NCBI GenBank assembly: GCA_910576655.1
Contig: CAJTJC010000007.1
Span: forward strand, 17,363 to 81,362
Direction: 5' to 3'
DNA from: an uncultured Christensenella sp.
Lineage (GTDB): Bacteria > Bacillota > Clostridia > Christensenellales > Borkfalkiaceae
Length of the DNA: 64,000 nt
The notes under the pieces are model-generated. The model had not been told where the DNA came from. It saw only the letters and a program-made list of their open reading frames with translations, and did not search any database. Below, piece by piece: positions 9,039 to 18,563 of this stretch. The stretch's first letter is position 1, and each line of letters starts with the position of its first letter. Made by a program: the position numbers and the translations under genes.

Positions 9039-10451
9039 TTAACCTGCAAAATATTCACATTCCTCGATAGCAGCTTTGAAGGTTTCGTTCAAATCTTTGC
9101 CTACGAATACCGCCTGCATCAAAGCGCCGACTTCGTCACGCGCCTTTGAAGAACCTACGAATGCGGGTGAAGTATAATACGCAGCTTCCTGCTCCATGCA
9201 TACCTTAGCCGCAAGATAAGTTACGTTTCCGAAACCGTTAGCTTCCGCCAGATATTTCTTATAAATTTCGTTTTCCAGTACCGTAGTTACTACGGGAACG
9301 TAACCGGACGCATCCGAGAACTGTGCCTGGAAATCGACGTTCGTAGTAAGATATTTGACAAGCAGCCAGCTTGCAAGTACTTCCTGCGGGTTGTTCTTTT
9401 TGAAAATACAAACCGAAGGGCCCTGCGAAATTACCTTGGGTTTAGCGGGGTTGACCTGAGGAATGGACGTGATACCTATTTCGAAAGGATATTCACCGTC
9501 AACTCTGTCGGGAGACTGGTTCTTTGCACCCGCGGACGAGCCTATGCTCATATAGCTTGCCTGTACCTTGAACAGGTTGGAGGTATATTTGTTGTCGTTA
9601 AGGCCCTGAGTGGTGAAATAGCCTTTATCATACCAACCCTTAAACCTCTGAACGAATTCGCGGTTTTCTTCGTTATCGAAAAGATATTTGTTACCCGTCG
9701 CCGAGGTATAGGGCGAACCGAGCTGTTCACACATCGTAATAAACCAGTTTGCTTCCGAGTCGTAGCCGAGAGGCGTTGACTGAGGCGCAATCTCTTTAAT
9801 CTTTTTGCAGGTTTCCTCCATTTCATCCCACGTCGTGGGCACTTTCAAATTGTTAGTCTCAAAGAAGGTCTTATTGTAATACAAAACCTCGGTTGATTTG
9901 GAGAAAGGCATAGTGTACATAGTGCTACCGTCGCCGAATTTGAAGCCTTCGTCATAGTAACCCTTGATAAATGCGTTCGTCTCCTCCTCGGTCAAGCAAA
10001 GCGATTCGGTAGTTCCATCCTTGCGGGTTACTTTCATATCGTTGTACCCGCTGTCCTTAAGGAAATCGTTGAGGGGCTGAACCGCACCCGACTGATTGAA
10101 AAGCGCAACGTGGTCAGGATAGCAATAAGCAAGGTTAGGCTCGTCACCGGAAATAATTTCTTTCGTTATCTGGTCGCGCACGTCGTCGTAACCGCCGATA
10201 GCCTCTTCCTTTACGGTTATATTGGGATAAACTTCCTTAAATTTGTCCAAATGTCTTTGGAGGATAGGTCTGTTATTCTGACCCATAGTGTGGTAAAACG
10301 TAATAGTCACCGGAGTTTCGGTATCGAAACCGCCGTCAGGCATTACGAATTCCGCTTTCTTAGGGCCGCATCCCGTTGAGAACGCTAAGCCCGCCGTCAC
10401 CGTGCAAGCCATAATGCTTGCCATAATAACTGCGCCAAATTTTTTCTTCAT
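9039..10451 (-). CDS. ABC transporter substrate-binding lipoprotein, family 1 (CUT1 / sugar-type)
   Basis: Lipobox FSTGC. Size is about 470 aa and the composition is that of MalE/UgpB-type binding proteins. It sits directly downstream of two MalF/MalG-type permeases. Confidence 0.8.
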   Translation of the reverse strand: MKKKFGAVIMASIMACTVTAGLAFSTGCGPKKAEFVMPDGGFDTETPVTITFYHTMGQNNRPILQRHLDKFKEVYPNITVKEEAIGGYDDVRDQITKEIISGDEPNLAYCYPDHVALFNQSGAVQPLNDFLKDSGYNDMKVTRKDGTTESLCLTEEETNAFIKGYYDEGFKFGDGSTMYTMPFSKSTEVLYYNKTFFETNNLKVPTTWDEMEETCKKIKEIAPQSTPLGYDSEANWFITMCEQLGSPYTSATGNKYLFDNEENREFVQRFKGWYDKGYFTTQGLNDNKYTSNLFKVQASYMSIGSSAGAKNQSPDRVDGEYPFEIGITSIPQVNPAKPKVISQGPSVCIFKKNNPQEVLASWLLVKYLTTNVDFQAQFSDASGYVPVVTTVLENEIYKKYLAEANGFGNVTYLAAKVCMEQEAAYYTSPAFVGSSKARDEVGALMQAVFVGKDLNETFKAAIEECEYFAG

Positions 10452-10495
10452 TCTGCTTCTCCTTATAATTTATAGTTTATATAAACTTTTAATTT

Positions 10496-11473
10496 TTAAC
10501 CTTTGATACCGCTTCTCGATACGCCTTTCATAATGTACTTACGGAAGAATATGAATACGAGTAAAAGCGGAATCGTTACAAGTACTACCGCTGCCATCTG
10601 CGCGGGATAGTTTATCGCCCCTTCGACTCCCTCTAAGCCCTCGACAGGCCAACTCGCTTGTCGTAGTCCGAGAGTAATCAGCTTATGCGCCGCATCGTTG
10701 GCGACAAGGCGAGGCCAAACGTACGAGTTCCACGCTCCCATCATTTTTAGAATGGTTATCGATATAAGCGTGGGCGCCGCAAGCGGGACCATTACTTTCC
10801 AAAGATACTTTAAATCGCTCGTTCCATCCACCTTCGCTGCAAGATAAAGCTCGTTCGGTATCTGCATAAAGTTCTGCCGCAGCAGATAAATGTAGAATAT
10901 ACTGACGAGGAAGGGTACGATTAGAACGGTGAAAGTATTTTTCCAGCCGAAATTCGATACGGTTACGAAGTTGGTAATCGTGAACAGCTCGCCGGGAATC
11001 ATCATCGTAGCCATCATTGCTGCAAACAGCGCGTTTTTGCCCTTAAATTCAAGGCGGGCAAACGCGTACGCCGAAAGCACGGTAACTACCAATGAAAGTA
11101 TCGTAGAAACTATACCTACAATGCAAGTATTTAAAAACAGTCTACCGAGATTAAGCTCGCCCGTAAACGCCGTTGCATAGTTCGACCACTCAAATTGTCT
11201 GGGCCACAGCGTGGGCACCGTTTCACTGTATTCTGCATAGGTTTTCAGCGAGGAAATAAGCATCCAATAGAAAGGAAACAGTACTGCCAACGCCATTATG
11301 CCGAGGAACAGATACAAACCCGTCTGAACTGCAATTTTCATTGCAATCTGTTTTTTTGAAACGGCGTTCATATCCTTCTTTTTCATTACGTAGGATTCAG
11401 CGGATTTTACCGCTTCGGTTGCAGGTTGTTCGGGGGTAACTTTTTCGTCAATATCGTTAATATTATCCGTCAT
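10496..11473 (-). CDS. ABC transporter permease (MalG-like, CUT1)
   Basis: Six predicted hydrophobic helices. It has the EAA-loop region AAKVDGTSDLKYLWKVMVPLAAP and an AGGTGA RBS. Confidence 0.9.
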   Translation of the reverse strand: MTDNINDIDEKVTPEQPATEAVKSAESYVMKKKDMNAVSKKQIAMKIAVQTGLYLFLGIMALAVLFPFYWMLISSLKTYAEYSETVPTLWPRQFEWSNYATAFTGELNLGRLFLNTCIVGIVSTILSLVVTVLSAYAFARLEFKGKNALFAAMMATMMIPGELFTITNFVTVSNFGWKNTFTVLIVPFLVSIFYIYLLRQNFMQIPNELYLAAKVDGTSDLKYLWKVMVPLAAPTLISITILKMMGAWNSYVWPRLVANDAAHKLITLGLRQASWPVEGLEGVEGAINYPAQMAAVVLVTIPLLLVFIFFRKYIMKGVSRSGIKG

Positions 11474-11483
11474 AAATCACCTC

Positions 11484-12416
11484 TTAATAATGTACCTTTT
11501 TCTTACTTACGTACATATTTACCATCGTTACGGCAAATATGATTGCAAAAAGAATTAACGCAGCCGCGCTTGCACGCCCCTGATTGTTATCCAAGCTTTG
11601 ATAGATATAACCGACCATAGTATTCAATACGTTTTTAGAACCTATGGGTCCCATATTTTCGCCGAATATACCGACAATACTCGTATATTCCTTGAAACCG
11701 CCTATGAAGCTTGTAATTACTACGTAAGCTATCATCGGTGAAAGAAGGGGTACGGTTATACGCCAGAAAGTACGGATACGCGAGGTACCGTCAACTTTCG
11801 CAGCTTCGTAATACTGTTTGTTTACGCTTTGAAGTCCACCCAAAAGCACGAGAATTTTAAAAGGCAACGCATTCCAAACGATGTAAATAATCAGCACTGC
11901 CATATTCGCCGCTTTGGACGAGTTGGGGTTAACCCAGTTTATCCTCGTACCGCCGAACGCCTCGATAATGGTGTTTATAATACCTATCGAGCCCTCCTGT
12001 CCCGCATAGCCCTTGACCATACTGAACATAGCCATGAAAACCATACCGATTGCAATCGAGTTGGTAACGTATGGAAGGAAGAAAATAGTCTGCATGGTTC
12101 TTCTGATAAACTTTATCGAGTTGAGCGCAACAGCTATAATCAGCGCAAGCATCGTGGAAATGGGCACCGTTACCAGACAGAGAATCATCGTATTGCCGAG
12201 GCAGTTAACAAAGCCGCGGTATTTTGTTACGTTTACAAAGTTGTCGAAACCAAATTCGAATTTCTGACCGCCGATTAAACCAAGCTCGTTATAGTCTTTC
12301 AGAAAAGCCATTCTGAGCGTGTTGATTATTGGCCACACCGTAAATATCGCAAGAATAATCAATGCGGGCAAAAGATACAGCCAGGCTTTCCACTGGTTCT
12401 TCTTTTTACTATCCAT
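11484..12416 (-). CDS. ABC transporter permease (MalF-like, CUT1)
   Basis: EAA loop EAAKVDGTSRIRTFWRITVPLLSP and multiple hydrophobic helices. Confidence 0.9.
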   Translation of the reverse strand: MDSKKKNQWKAWLYLLPALIILAIFTVWPIINTLRMAFLKDYNELGLIGGQKFEFGFDNFVNVTKYRGFVNCLGNTMILCLVTVPISTMLALIIAVALNSIKFIRRTMQTIFFLPYVTNSIAIGMVFMAMFSMVKGYAGQEGSIGIINTIIEAFGGTRINWVNPNSSKAANMAVLIIYIVWNALPFKILVLLGGLQSVNKQYYEAAKVDGTSRIRTFWRITVPLLSPMIAYVVITSFIGGFKEYTSIVGIFGENMGPIGSKNVLNTMVGYIYQSLDNNQGRASAAALILFAIIFAVTMVNMYVSKKKVHY

Positions 12417-12421
12417 AACGA

Positions 12422-14155
12422 TTAACCCTCGCTATCGTTTTTCGTCGCTGTCGACGATTTTTTAGTCGCAGGCTTCTTTGCCGTTGCGGGTTTAGCCGCA
12501 GTTGATTTCGTTGCAGAAGCCTTTGCCGTTGCGGGTTTAGCCGCGGTCGTCTTCGTTGCGGACGTCTTTGCCGTTGCGGGTTTAGCCGCGGTCGTCTTCG
12601 TTGCGGACGTCTTTGTCGTTGCGGGTTTAGCCGCGGTCGTCTTCGTTGCGGACGTCTTTGTCGTTGCAGGCTTTTTAACGGGAGCTTCCTTTACTTCTTC
12701 GGCAACCGCTTCAACCTTTTCTTCGGCAACGGGCTCCGCCTTAATCTCCTCGACCTTTACCTCTTCGGTCACCGCCTCTTCTGCGATAGGCGCGGCAATT
12801 TCCGCAGGGGCTTCGACGGGCACGACGGGTTCTTGCAGAACCTCTGCGGACTCCGATTTCGGCTCTTCCTTCTTTTTGGAGAACAGACTCTTGACAGAGC
12901 TGACGCCCTTGGCAAACAGACTCTGCTTTATTACGGGCGCAGTCTTTTCCTTCAATTTGTCATCCGCTTCGCGGGGCAAAGGACCGTCGTGTGCAACGAA
13001 AACGTGACCTTCTGCCGCCATTTCGGCAACCATTGCCTCGTGTGCGGCAAGCTGCTCACCGAAGTAAACGCGCTCTTCCGATTCTTTATTGAAAATGAAT
13101 ACTTTATGTTGTTTTAAATTGAATTTTACTTCCGTGCCTGCAATATTGCCCATTTCGTCTGCGGAAATTATCGAACGGACTACGGGATTTAAAGAGCATT
13201 CGCTTGTAGAAACCACGGACACGTCTCTGCCCATCACGTCCACGCCCGAAACCGAGCAAGTCAGCTTGCCCTTTTTATCGAGAATAAATCCTTCGGGACG
13301 GACACCGACGTAAACTTCCTGATTTTCTACCCCCTTAACGTCCAGAACCTGCTCGTTTCCGATATAGAGCTTGCCGCCTTCGATTTTTCCGGAGAAGACG
13401 TTGATAGGGGGCGCGCCGAGGAATTTTGCGACGAACAAATTTGCAGGGTCGTCGTAAACCCACTGGGGCTTACCCGTCTGCATTACTACGCCCAGTTTCA
13501 TAACGACTATGTAATCGGAAATAGACATTGCCTCTTCCTGGTCGTGCGTTACGAATATAGTCGTAATTTTCGTGCTTCTCTGAATTCTTCTTATTTCTTC
13601 GCGGGTCTGCAATCTTAATCTTGCGTCAAGATTAGAAAGAGGCTCGTCAAGAAGAAGGACGCGCGGCATTTTTACAAGTGCGCGAGCGATTGCGACGCGC
13701 TGCTGTTGTCCGCCCGAAAGCTCGGACGGTTTACGGTTCATATACTCGTCAATCTGAACAAGTTTAGCAACCTCGGTGGCACGTGTCAGCATCTCCTCCT
13801 TTGAGAGCCTGTTTTCACCTTTTAAATTTTGTAAAGGGAATAAAATATTCTGTTGAACCGTCATGTGCGGATAGAGCGCATAGTTCTGGAAAACCAGACC
13901 TATACCCCTGTTTTCAGGTGAAAGCTTGGTTACTTCGTCTTCGCCGAAGAAAATTTTACCGCTCGTCGGCGCCTGCAAACCGCTTATCATATAAAGCGTG
14001 GTACTTTTTCCGCAGCCCGACGGACCTAAAAGACCGATAAGCTTGCCGTCGGGGATTTCAAGATTAAAATCGTTTACGGCGATAACTTCGGCATTTTTAT
14101 CCTTCTTGTTACGGCTTGGAAAGATTTTTGTAAGGTTTTGTAATACAACTTTCAT
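12422..14155 (-). CDS. ABC transporter ATP-binding protein (MalK/MsmX-like) with a roughly 200 aa low-complexity C-terminal tail
   Basis: Walker A GPSGCGKST, signature LSGGQQQR, Walker B LLLDEP and a MalK-type regulatory domain to about aa 375. After that come an acidic Pro/Glu/Val/Ala-rich stretch and KPAT(T/A)KTSATKTTAA repeats. Confidence 0.9.
   Translation of the reverse strand: MKVVLQNLTKIFPSRNKKDKNAEVIAVNDFNLEIPDGKLIGLLGPSGCGKSTTLYMISGLQAPTSGKIFFGEDEVTKLSPENRGIGLVFQNYALYPHMTVQQNILFPLQNLKGENRLSKEEMLTRATEVAKLVQIDEYMNRKPSELSGGQQQRVAIARALVKMPRVLLLDEPLSNLDARLRLQTREEIRRIQRSTKITTIFVTHDQEEAMSISDYIVVMKLGVVMQTGKPQWVYDDPANLFVAKFLGAPPINVFSGKIEGGKLYIGNEQVLDVKGVENQEVYVGVRPEGFILDKKGKLTCSVSGVDVMGRDVSVVSTSECSLNPVVRSIISADEMGNIAGTEVKFNLKQHKVFIFNKESEERVYFGEQLAAHEAMVAEMAAEGHVFVAHDGPLPREADDKLKEKTAPVIKQSLFAKGVSSVKSLFSKKKEEPKSESAEVLQEPVVPVEAPAEIAAPIAEEAVTEEVKVEEIKAEPVAEEKVEAVAEEVKEAPVKKPATTKTSATKTTAAKPATTKTSATKTTAAKPATAKTSATKTTAAKPATAKASATKSTAAKPATAKKPATKKSSTATKNDSEG
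12481..12672 (-). repeat. in-frame 45 bp tandem repeat (4 full copies plus partial copies) inside the ATPase tail
   Basis: Copies lie at 12481-12525, 12526-12570, 12571-12615 and 12616-12660. Copies 2 and 3 are identical and copy 4 differs by 1 nt. Each copy encodes a 15 aa KPATxKTSATKTTAA unit. Confidence 0.95.
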
Positions 14156-14185
14156 ACTTTTTCCTATTCTTGTTTATTTTTATTT

Positions 14186-15040
14186 TTATTGATTTTTTGA
14201 ATTTTCTACGGTCTGCTTATGCTGAAGCGTCTTTCTTTCAAGCATTTCTTCTTCGGACTGAAAAATCATTTGCAGCTTCATATCAACTGCCACCGTATAC
14301 GCGATTATATCGTGAATAGGCGTTTTATTTTTCGTAACGAAAAATAAAACCGTATTCATAATTAATATCGCCGCAAGCAAGACTAACGCCAGTATACCGA
14401 GCCCCCCGAATATGAACAGGAATACAAGCAGTACGGGGAACATGGTTTCAATTGCGAATTTACCTAGAAAAGCTCTTGCAAACAGAGACAAAGTAGATAT
14501 TTTAACGCAGTCGGCACGAACTATACATATTCCGAATACTTTTTTGCCCACCGTCTGTCCGTTTTTTAAAAACAACGGCACTACAAATTCAAGTATGGCG
14601 TATGCAAGGAAAATCCCGAGAGAAACCATCATAAACAGTAAGCTGTAAACGTACTTGTACTGCGCGTTGACCTTTTCCACGGGCGTAAGCGATTTGAACT
14701 TAGCGTATGCCGCCGCAGTTTCGGGGTGTTCGCCGTTCGAAGCGTCAAGCTTTTCCATCACCGCCCCGAGCGACGATTCTATGCCGTCTTTTTTAATGAC
14801 GTACCCGTCCTCTTTTTCTTCGTAAGTAAAGCCGTAATAATCAGCAACGCCGCCGACGTACTCTTTTCGGAAATCTTCCCATTCCTCAAAGTATTGACCC
14901 GATAATTTTTCTTCGTGACTGTAATTGCATATAAGCGAAATAATGAACATAAACCCGGTAGTTAAAACTGCAAGAAGAATAACGTCGAGCAGAAGGGCTG
15001 AAGCCCTTTTAACTATACCGATTTTCCTTAGTTCAAACAT
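14186..15040 (-). CDS. RDD-family integral membrane protein
   Basis: N-terminus KRASALLLDVILLAV and the later NGQTVGKKVFGICIV are characteristic of RDD domains, and there are several TM helices. The start was moved to the ATG at 15040 (GGAGTGA RBS), because the listed ATG at 15097 lies inside the predicted -10 box. Confidence 0.7.
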   Translation of the reverse strand: MFELRKIGIVKRASALLLDVILLAVLTTGFMFIISLICNYSHEEKLSGQYFEEWEDFRKEYVGGVADYYGFTYEEKEDGYVIKKDGIESSLGAVMEKLDASNGEHPETAAAYAKFKSLTPVEKVNAQYKYVYSLLFMMVSLGIFLAYAILEFVVPLFLKNGQTVGKKVFGICIVRADCVKISTLSLFARAFLGKFAIETMFPVLLVFLFIFGGLGILALVLLAAILIMNTVLFFVTKNKTPIHDIIAYTVAVDMKLQMIFQSEEEMLERKTLQHKQTVENSKNQ

Positions 15041-15095
15041 CCGTTTCACTCCCGCTGGCAAGCGAAAATGAAACACTTCGCCAAACCATAACACC

Positions 15096-15124
15096 ATTAT
15101 AACTTATTTAAATTAATAAATCAA
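15096..15124 (-). promoter_or_regulatory. internal sigma-70/SigA-type promoter ahead of the RDD/ABC/nuclease genes
   Basis: Read on the minus strand: TTGATT (15124-15119), 17 nt spacer, TATAAT (15101-15096). Confidence 0.65.
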
Positions 15125-15169
15125 TGGGTTTATCAAAAATTTATTGTGAAATTAGCACAAGTTTTTCAC

Positions 15170-15766
15170 TTAAATATCAAAAACGTACTTAATCTCAACC
15201 GAATTGCCGCTTTCCGACTTGTAAGTTATTTCAATCTCGTAAAAAACTTCAAGGAACGTAGCGAATACCTGCGCGCCCGTGCCCGAAGTCTGAACGCCCA
15301 AAAATCCGCTCAAGTCATTGACCGAAGCAGTGAAAGATATGCCGGTCATTTCGACGTTATCAAAATAGTCCTGCTTGAAATTTATTCCGCTCTCGGTTAA
15401 ATTTTCGGGAATTTCAACCCTGTCACCAGAAATATAAGTTACCTTACCGTCTGTAACAGACGCCTTGCCTATAAGCTTTGTCTTTATTGCATTTCCGTCA
15501 GGTGTGACGAAAATTTGTGTAAACCTTTCAACCGAATAATCAATATTTGCTCCGTTTGCCGTATATTCGATTTCGTATACGCTTTCAAGGAAAGTATCTC
15601 CGTCATAATTATCTATAACCGCAATCTTAAGCGACGAATAGCCGGCTTCAAGCATTTCATTCAGCTCGTCATACTGATTAGTCGTTGCACTGTCGCACGA
15701 CTGACAGCCGCCGAGAAATGCAGCTGCGGCGCATACGGCAGATATTATTAAAATAGATTTTTTCAT
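15170..15766 (-). CDS. small lipoprotein, function unknown
   Basis: Signal peptide with lipobox FLGGC. No recognisable motif. It is tightly packed, 5 nt after the upstream stop. Confidence 0.6.
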   Translation of the reverse strand: MKKSILIISAVCAAAAFLGGCQSCDSATTNQYDELNEMLEAGYSSLKIAVIDNYDGDTFLESVYEIEYTANGANIDYSVERFTQIFVTPDGNAIKTKLIGKASVTDGKVTYISGDRVEIPENLTESGINFKQDYFDNVEMTGISFTASVNDLSGFLGVQTSGTGAQVFATFLEVFYEIEITYKSESGNSVEIKYVFDI

Positions 15767-15771
15767 TTAAG

Positions 15772-17937
15772 TCACCTCCCCGAGCCACCTTTTAATAAAC
15801 TGCCCGAACCGCCGAGCGCTATTTCGTCCGAATTTTCGGAAGAAGAGTTATACGAATTAATAAGCTCGTTATAGCTTGCTATTGCAGAATTCAGCGCCTC
15901 GAAGCTTGTTGCCACCGCAGCTTTTTCGGCAGCAGTCAACTTGTTATATAAACCGATGGCCTTATTTATAGCCGTAAACCTTACTTCAAGCGAACCGCTT
16001 GAAGGTATTGCCGTAACTGCGTTCTCAAATGCCTTTACGTTTGAGTCGTCGGGTTTGACAACCTCTTTTGTAATCGTAACCGTCGCCGTTGCCGTTATCG
16101 ACGGATTGCTCTTACTCGTTACCGTTATAGTCGCCGTACCCTCTTTAACCGCGATAACCGTGCCGTTAGCAGAAACAGTTGCGACGGACGTATCGGACGA
16201 CGTCCAGTTTACAGCAAACTCGGCATTAATTGGACTGGGTGTTACGGTGAGTAAACGCGTTCCGCCCACCTTTATCGAAAGAGAAGCGGGGTTTATGGTT
16301 ATGGACTCGAGCTCTGCGGGAGGCACGGGCGTATCGTCGCCCGCCTCGTATTCCACTTCTATACTGTCGAGATAAGCAGTATAAGTCGTGCCTTCGGCAA
16401 ACTCGTATGTTAAAGCAAAATAAGTATCGCTTCCTGTAAGCGTCCAGCTTACACCTGCGTCAGTTACCGACTTCGTGCCGTTATCGTTACCTGTTGCAGG
16501 CTTGCCTGCAACCTCGCCGTACGGCGAGTCCGAAGTCAAAAGCTTCCAATCACTGGCAAACTTTCCCGAAACCGTCTTTACGGTTACCTTCCTTATGGGT
16601 TGTGGCGTAGCCGAAGTGCTTGCAACGTAATAACTGGATTTTTTAGGACTAAACTGCATACCGGTAGGCTGATAATTATCATTGCCGCCGAAAATATATG
16701 CCGTACCGTTTATTCCGCCGGCAGACCACGATTTGAAACCGTATTCATGCGTCAGTGTAAAGCTGTCAAGATTTATTGTCGCTTTATTAACATTGGATTT
16801 CGTTACGGTGACCTGCGCCGACGCCCATATCGAAGAGTCGGTCTTGCTGGTAGCTATAATAGTTGCCGTACCCGCACTAATTGCCGTGACGTCGCCGTTT
16901 GACGATACGGTTGCAACCGCAGGGTTAGACGTCGTCCAGTTAACGGAAGCCTTTGCATTGCTCGGGTTGGGTTTAACCGTAAGCTTTTCGGTCTGTCCCG
17001 CGCTGAGATTTAACGACGTTTTATCGAGAGTTATGCTTTCAAGCTCTACGTCGGGGTTAACGGGCGGGTTGGGGTCTACGGAGCCGTCGCCCCAGATTGC
17101 GTCCGCATAGCTTGAATTGTCTATAAACGGATTTCTGTTGCCCTGTATTTTGTAGACCTCTTCGTTTCTCACTCTTTCGATTTCGTCAACGGGGTCGAGA
17201 TTGTTCCACTCTAAAAGCAACTTTTTAGCAGCATCCTCGCTGCTTGCGGTGATAATCTGCGTAAATTTAAGTTGCCCGAAAAAGCCAGAGCCACCGCTGC
17301 CGTTGGTAGTACCGCCAACGTAGCTATATGAATTGTAGTGAGTATATACGTACATTACGATACGCGCGACGTCGCCCTTGGCGTTATCCAAAGGCTCGAA
17401 CGTGTTGCTGTTAGAATGTCCGCCGAGGACGTTGCTCACACTCGTATATTCCTCTTTTCCGCCTGAGCCGACTTCGCCGTATTTCTTGCTTGAGCGGTGA
17501 TTGTTTAAATCTTTTTCCGCAGGACGGATATGGTGAAGGTCGCTGCCGCCGCCACTCGTCTCCCACAAGCCGCCGGAAAGACTTTTCGCCCATACGTGCT
17601 CTCTGTTCCAGCCGCCGGAAACGTCCCACTTTGAATTTGAAATATCTATATGCGTATAGAATTCCATTACCGTATTGCTGCCGCTGCCGGGGTCGGTAGT
17701 CTTGCCGTACGTCTTGCAGTCCGCGTAAGACGTATATTTCGTACGCGAATCGGTAATCAGGTCGTGCAGCTGACCCAAAAGCTGGGTTCCGCCCTGTGCC
17801 GTTACGGACGCGTAATAGTCCGTGGCGGCGTCTGCGACGACGCTCTGCGTCGGCGAAACGCCGACTGCTGCCGTTATGCCGAGACACATTGCAATGGCAA
17901 GACAAAACGACGTGACCTTGCTAAAAACTTTTTTCAT
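15772..17937 (-). CDS. secreted endonuclease I family nuclease with two Big_2 Ig-like domains and extra C-terminal domains
   Basis: Signal peptide ending VVADA. Endonuclease I-type motifs WNREHVWAKS, DLHHIRPAEKDLNNHRS, GDVARIVMYVY and GNRNPFID. Two Big_2-like segments are present (VNWTTSNPAVATVSSNGDVTAISAGTATIIATS and VNWTSSDTSVATVSANGTVIAVKEGTATITVTS). Confidence 0.8.
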   Translation of the reverse strand: MKKVFSKVTSFCLAIAMCLGITAAVGVSPTQSVVADAATDYYASVTAQGGTQLLGQLHDLITDSRTKYTSYADCKTYGKTTDPGSGSNTVMEFYTHIDISNSKWDVSGGWNREHVWAKSLSGGLWETSGGGSDLHHIRPAEKDLNNHRSSKKYGEVGSGGKEEYTSVSNVLGGHSNSNTFEPLDNAKGDVARIVMYVYTHYNSYSYVGGTTNGSGGSGFFGQLKFTQIITASSEDAAKKLLLEWNNLDPVDEIERVRNEEVYKIQGNRNPFIDNSSYADAIWGDGSVDPNPPVNPDVELESITLDKTSLNLSAGQTEKLTVKPNPSNAKASVNWTTSNPAVATVSSNGDVTAISAGTATIIATSKTDSSIWASAQVTVTKSNVNKATINLDSFTLTHEYGFKSWSAGGINGTAYIFGGNDNYQPTGMQFSPKKSSYYVASTSATPQPIRKVTVKTVSGKFASDWKLLTSDSPYGEVAGKPATGNDNGTKSVTDAGVSWTLTGSDTYFALTYEFAEGTTYTAYLDSIEVEYEAGDDTPVPPAELESITINPASLSIKVGGTRLLTVTPSPINAEFAVNWTSSDTSVATVSANGTVIAVKEGTATITVTSKSNPSITATATVTITKEVVKPDDSNVKAFENAVTAIPSSGSLEVRFTAINKAIGLYNKLTAAEKAAVATSFEALNSAIASYNELINSYNSSSENSDEIALGGSGSLLKGGSGR

Positions 17938-17951
17938 TCCACTTCCTCCCT

Positions 17952-18563
17952 TTATGAAAGCTTATGATTTATACATCCGATTATTACGTCCAGCGCGACG
18001 GCGTTATGCCCGCCCTCGGGGACGATTATGTCCGCACGGCGTTTGTACGGTTCTACAAACTGCTCGTGCATGGGTTTTACCGTCGACTGATACTGATTGA
18101 CGACCGAGTCGAGACTTCTGCCCCTCTCGTTGACGTCCCTCATTATACGGCGCAGGATACGAACGTCCGCGTCCGTGTCGACGTAAATTTTTATATCGAA
18201 AAGGTTACAAAGCTTTGCGTTTTCAAACAACAGTATTCCCTCTACTATAATTATACGGTTGCTTTCGACGCGGGTTGTTTCTTCCTTTCGTAAATGATTT
18301 CTGTAATCGTACTGCGGCACCTCTACCGCGTTTCCCTTTTTAAGCTCTTTAATGTGCCTGATAAACAGGTCGGTTTCAAAGGCGTCGGGGTGGTCGTAGT
18401 TGCACTTCGCCCTTTCCTCGAACGGTATCGACGCGTCGCTTTTATAGTAGCTGTCCATGCCGAGCAGGGTCGAGCAGGAAGCGAATTCGTCGTAAATTTT
18501 TTCGGCAAGCGTCGTTTTACCGCTACCCGTTCCGCCGCAAATGCCTATAACCACTCTGTTCAT
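17952..18563 (-). CDS. udk: uridine kinase
   Basis: P-loop [13 protein letters not shown], plus [13 protein letters not shown] and IIIVEGIL, typical of Udk. Confidence 0.9.
   Translation of the reverse strand: MNRVVIGICGGTGSGKTTLAEKIYDEFASCSTLLGMDSYYKSDASIPFEERAKCNYDHPDAFETDLFIRHIKELKKGNAVEVPQYDYRNHLRKEETTRVESNRIIIVEGILLFENAKLCNLFDIKIYVDTDADVRILRRIMRDVNERGRSLDSVVNQYQSTVKPMHEQFVEPYKRRADIIVPEGGHNAVALDVIIGCINHKLS

Noticed and set aside
12481-12672. Regular 45 bp direct repeats that could superficially suggest a CRISPR-like array.
   Set aside because: The repeats are contiguous with no spacers and in frame within the ABC ATPase gene, where they encode a 15 aa peptide repeat. No cas genes are present in the window.
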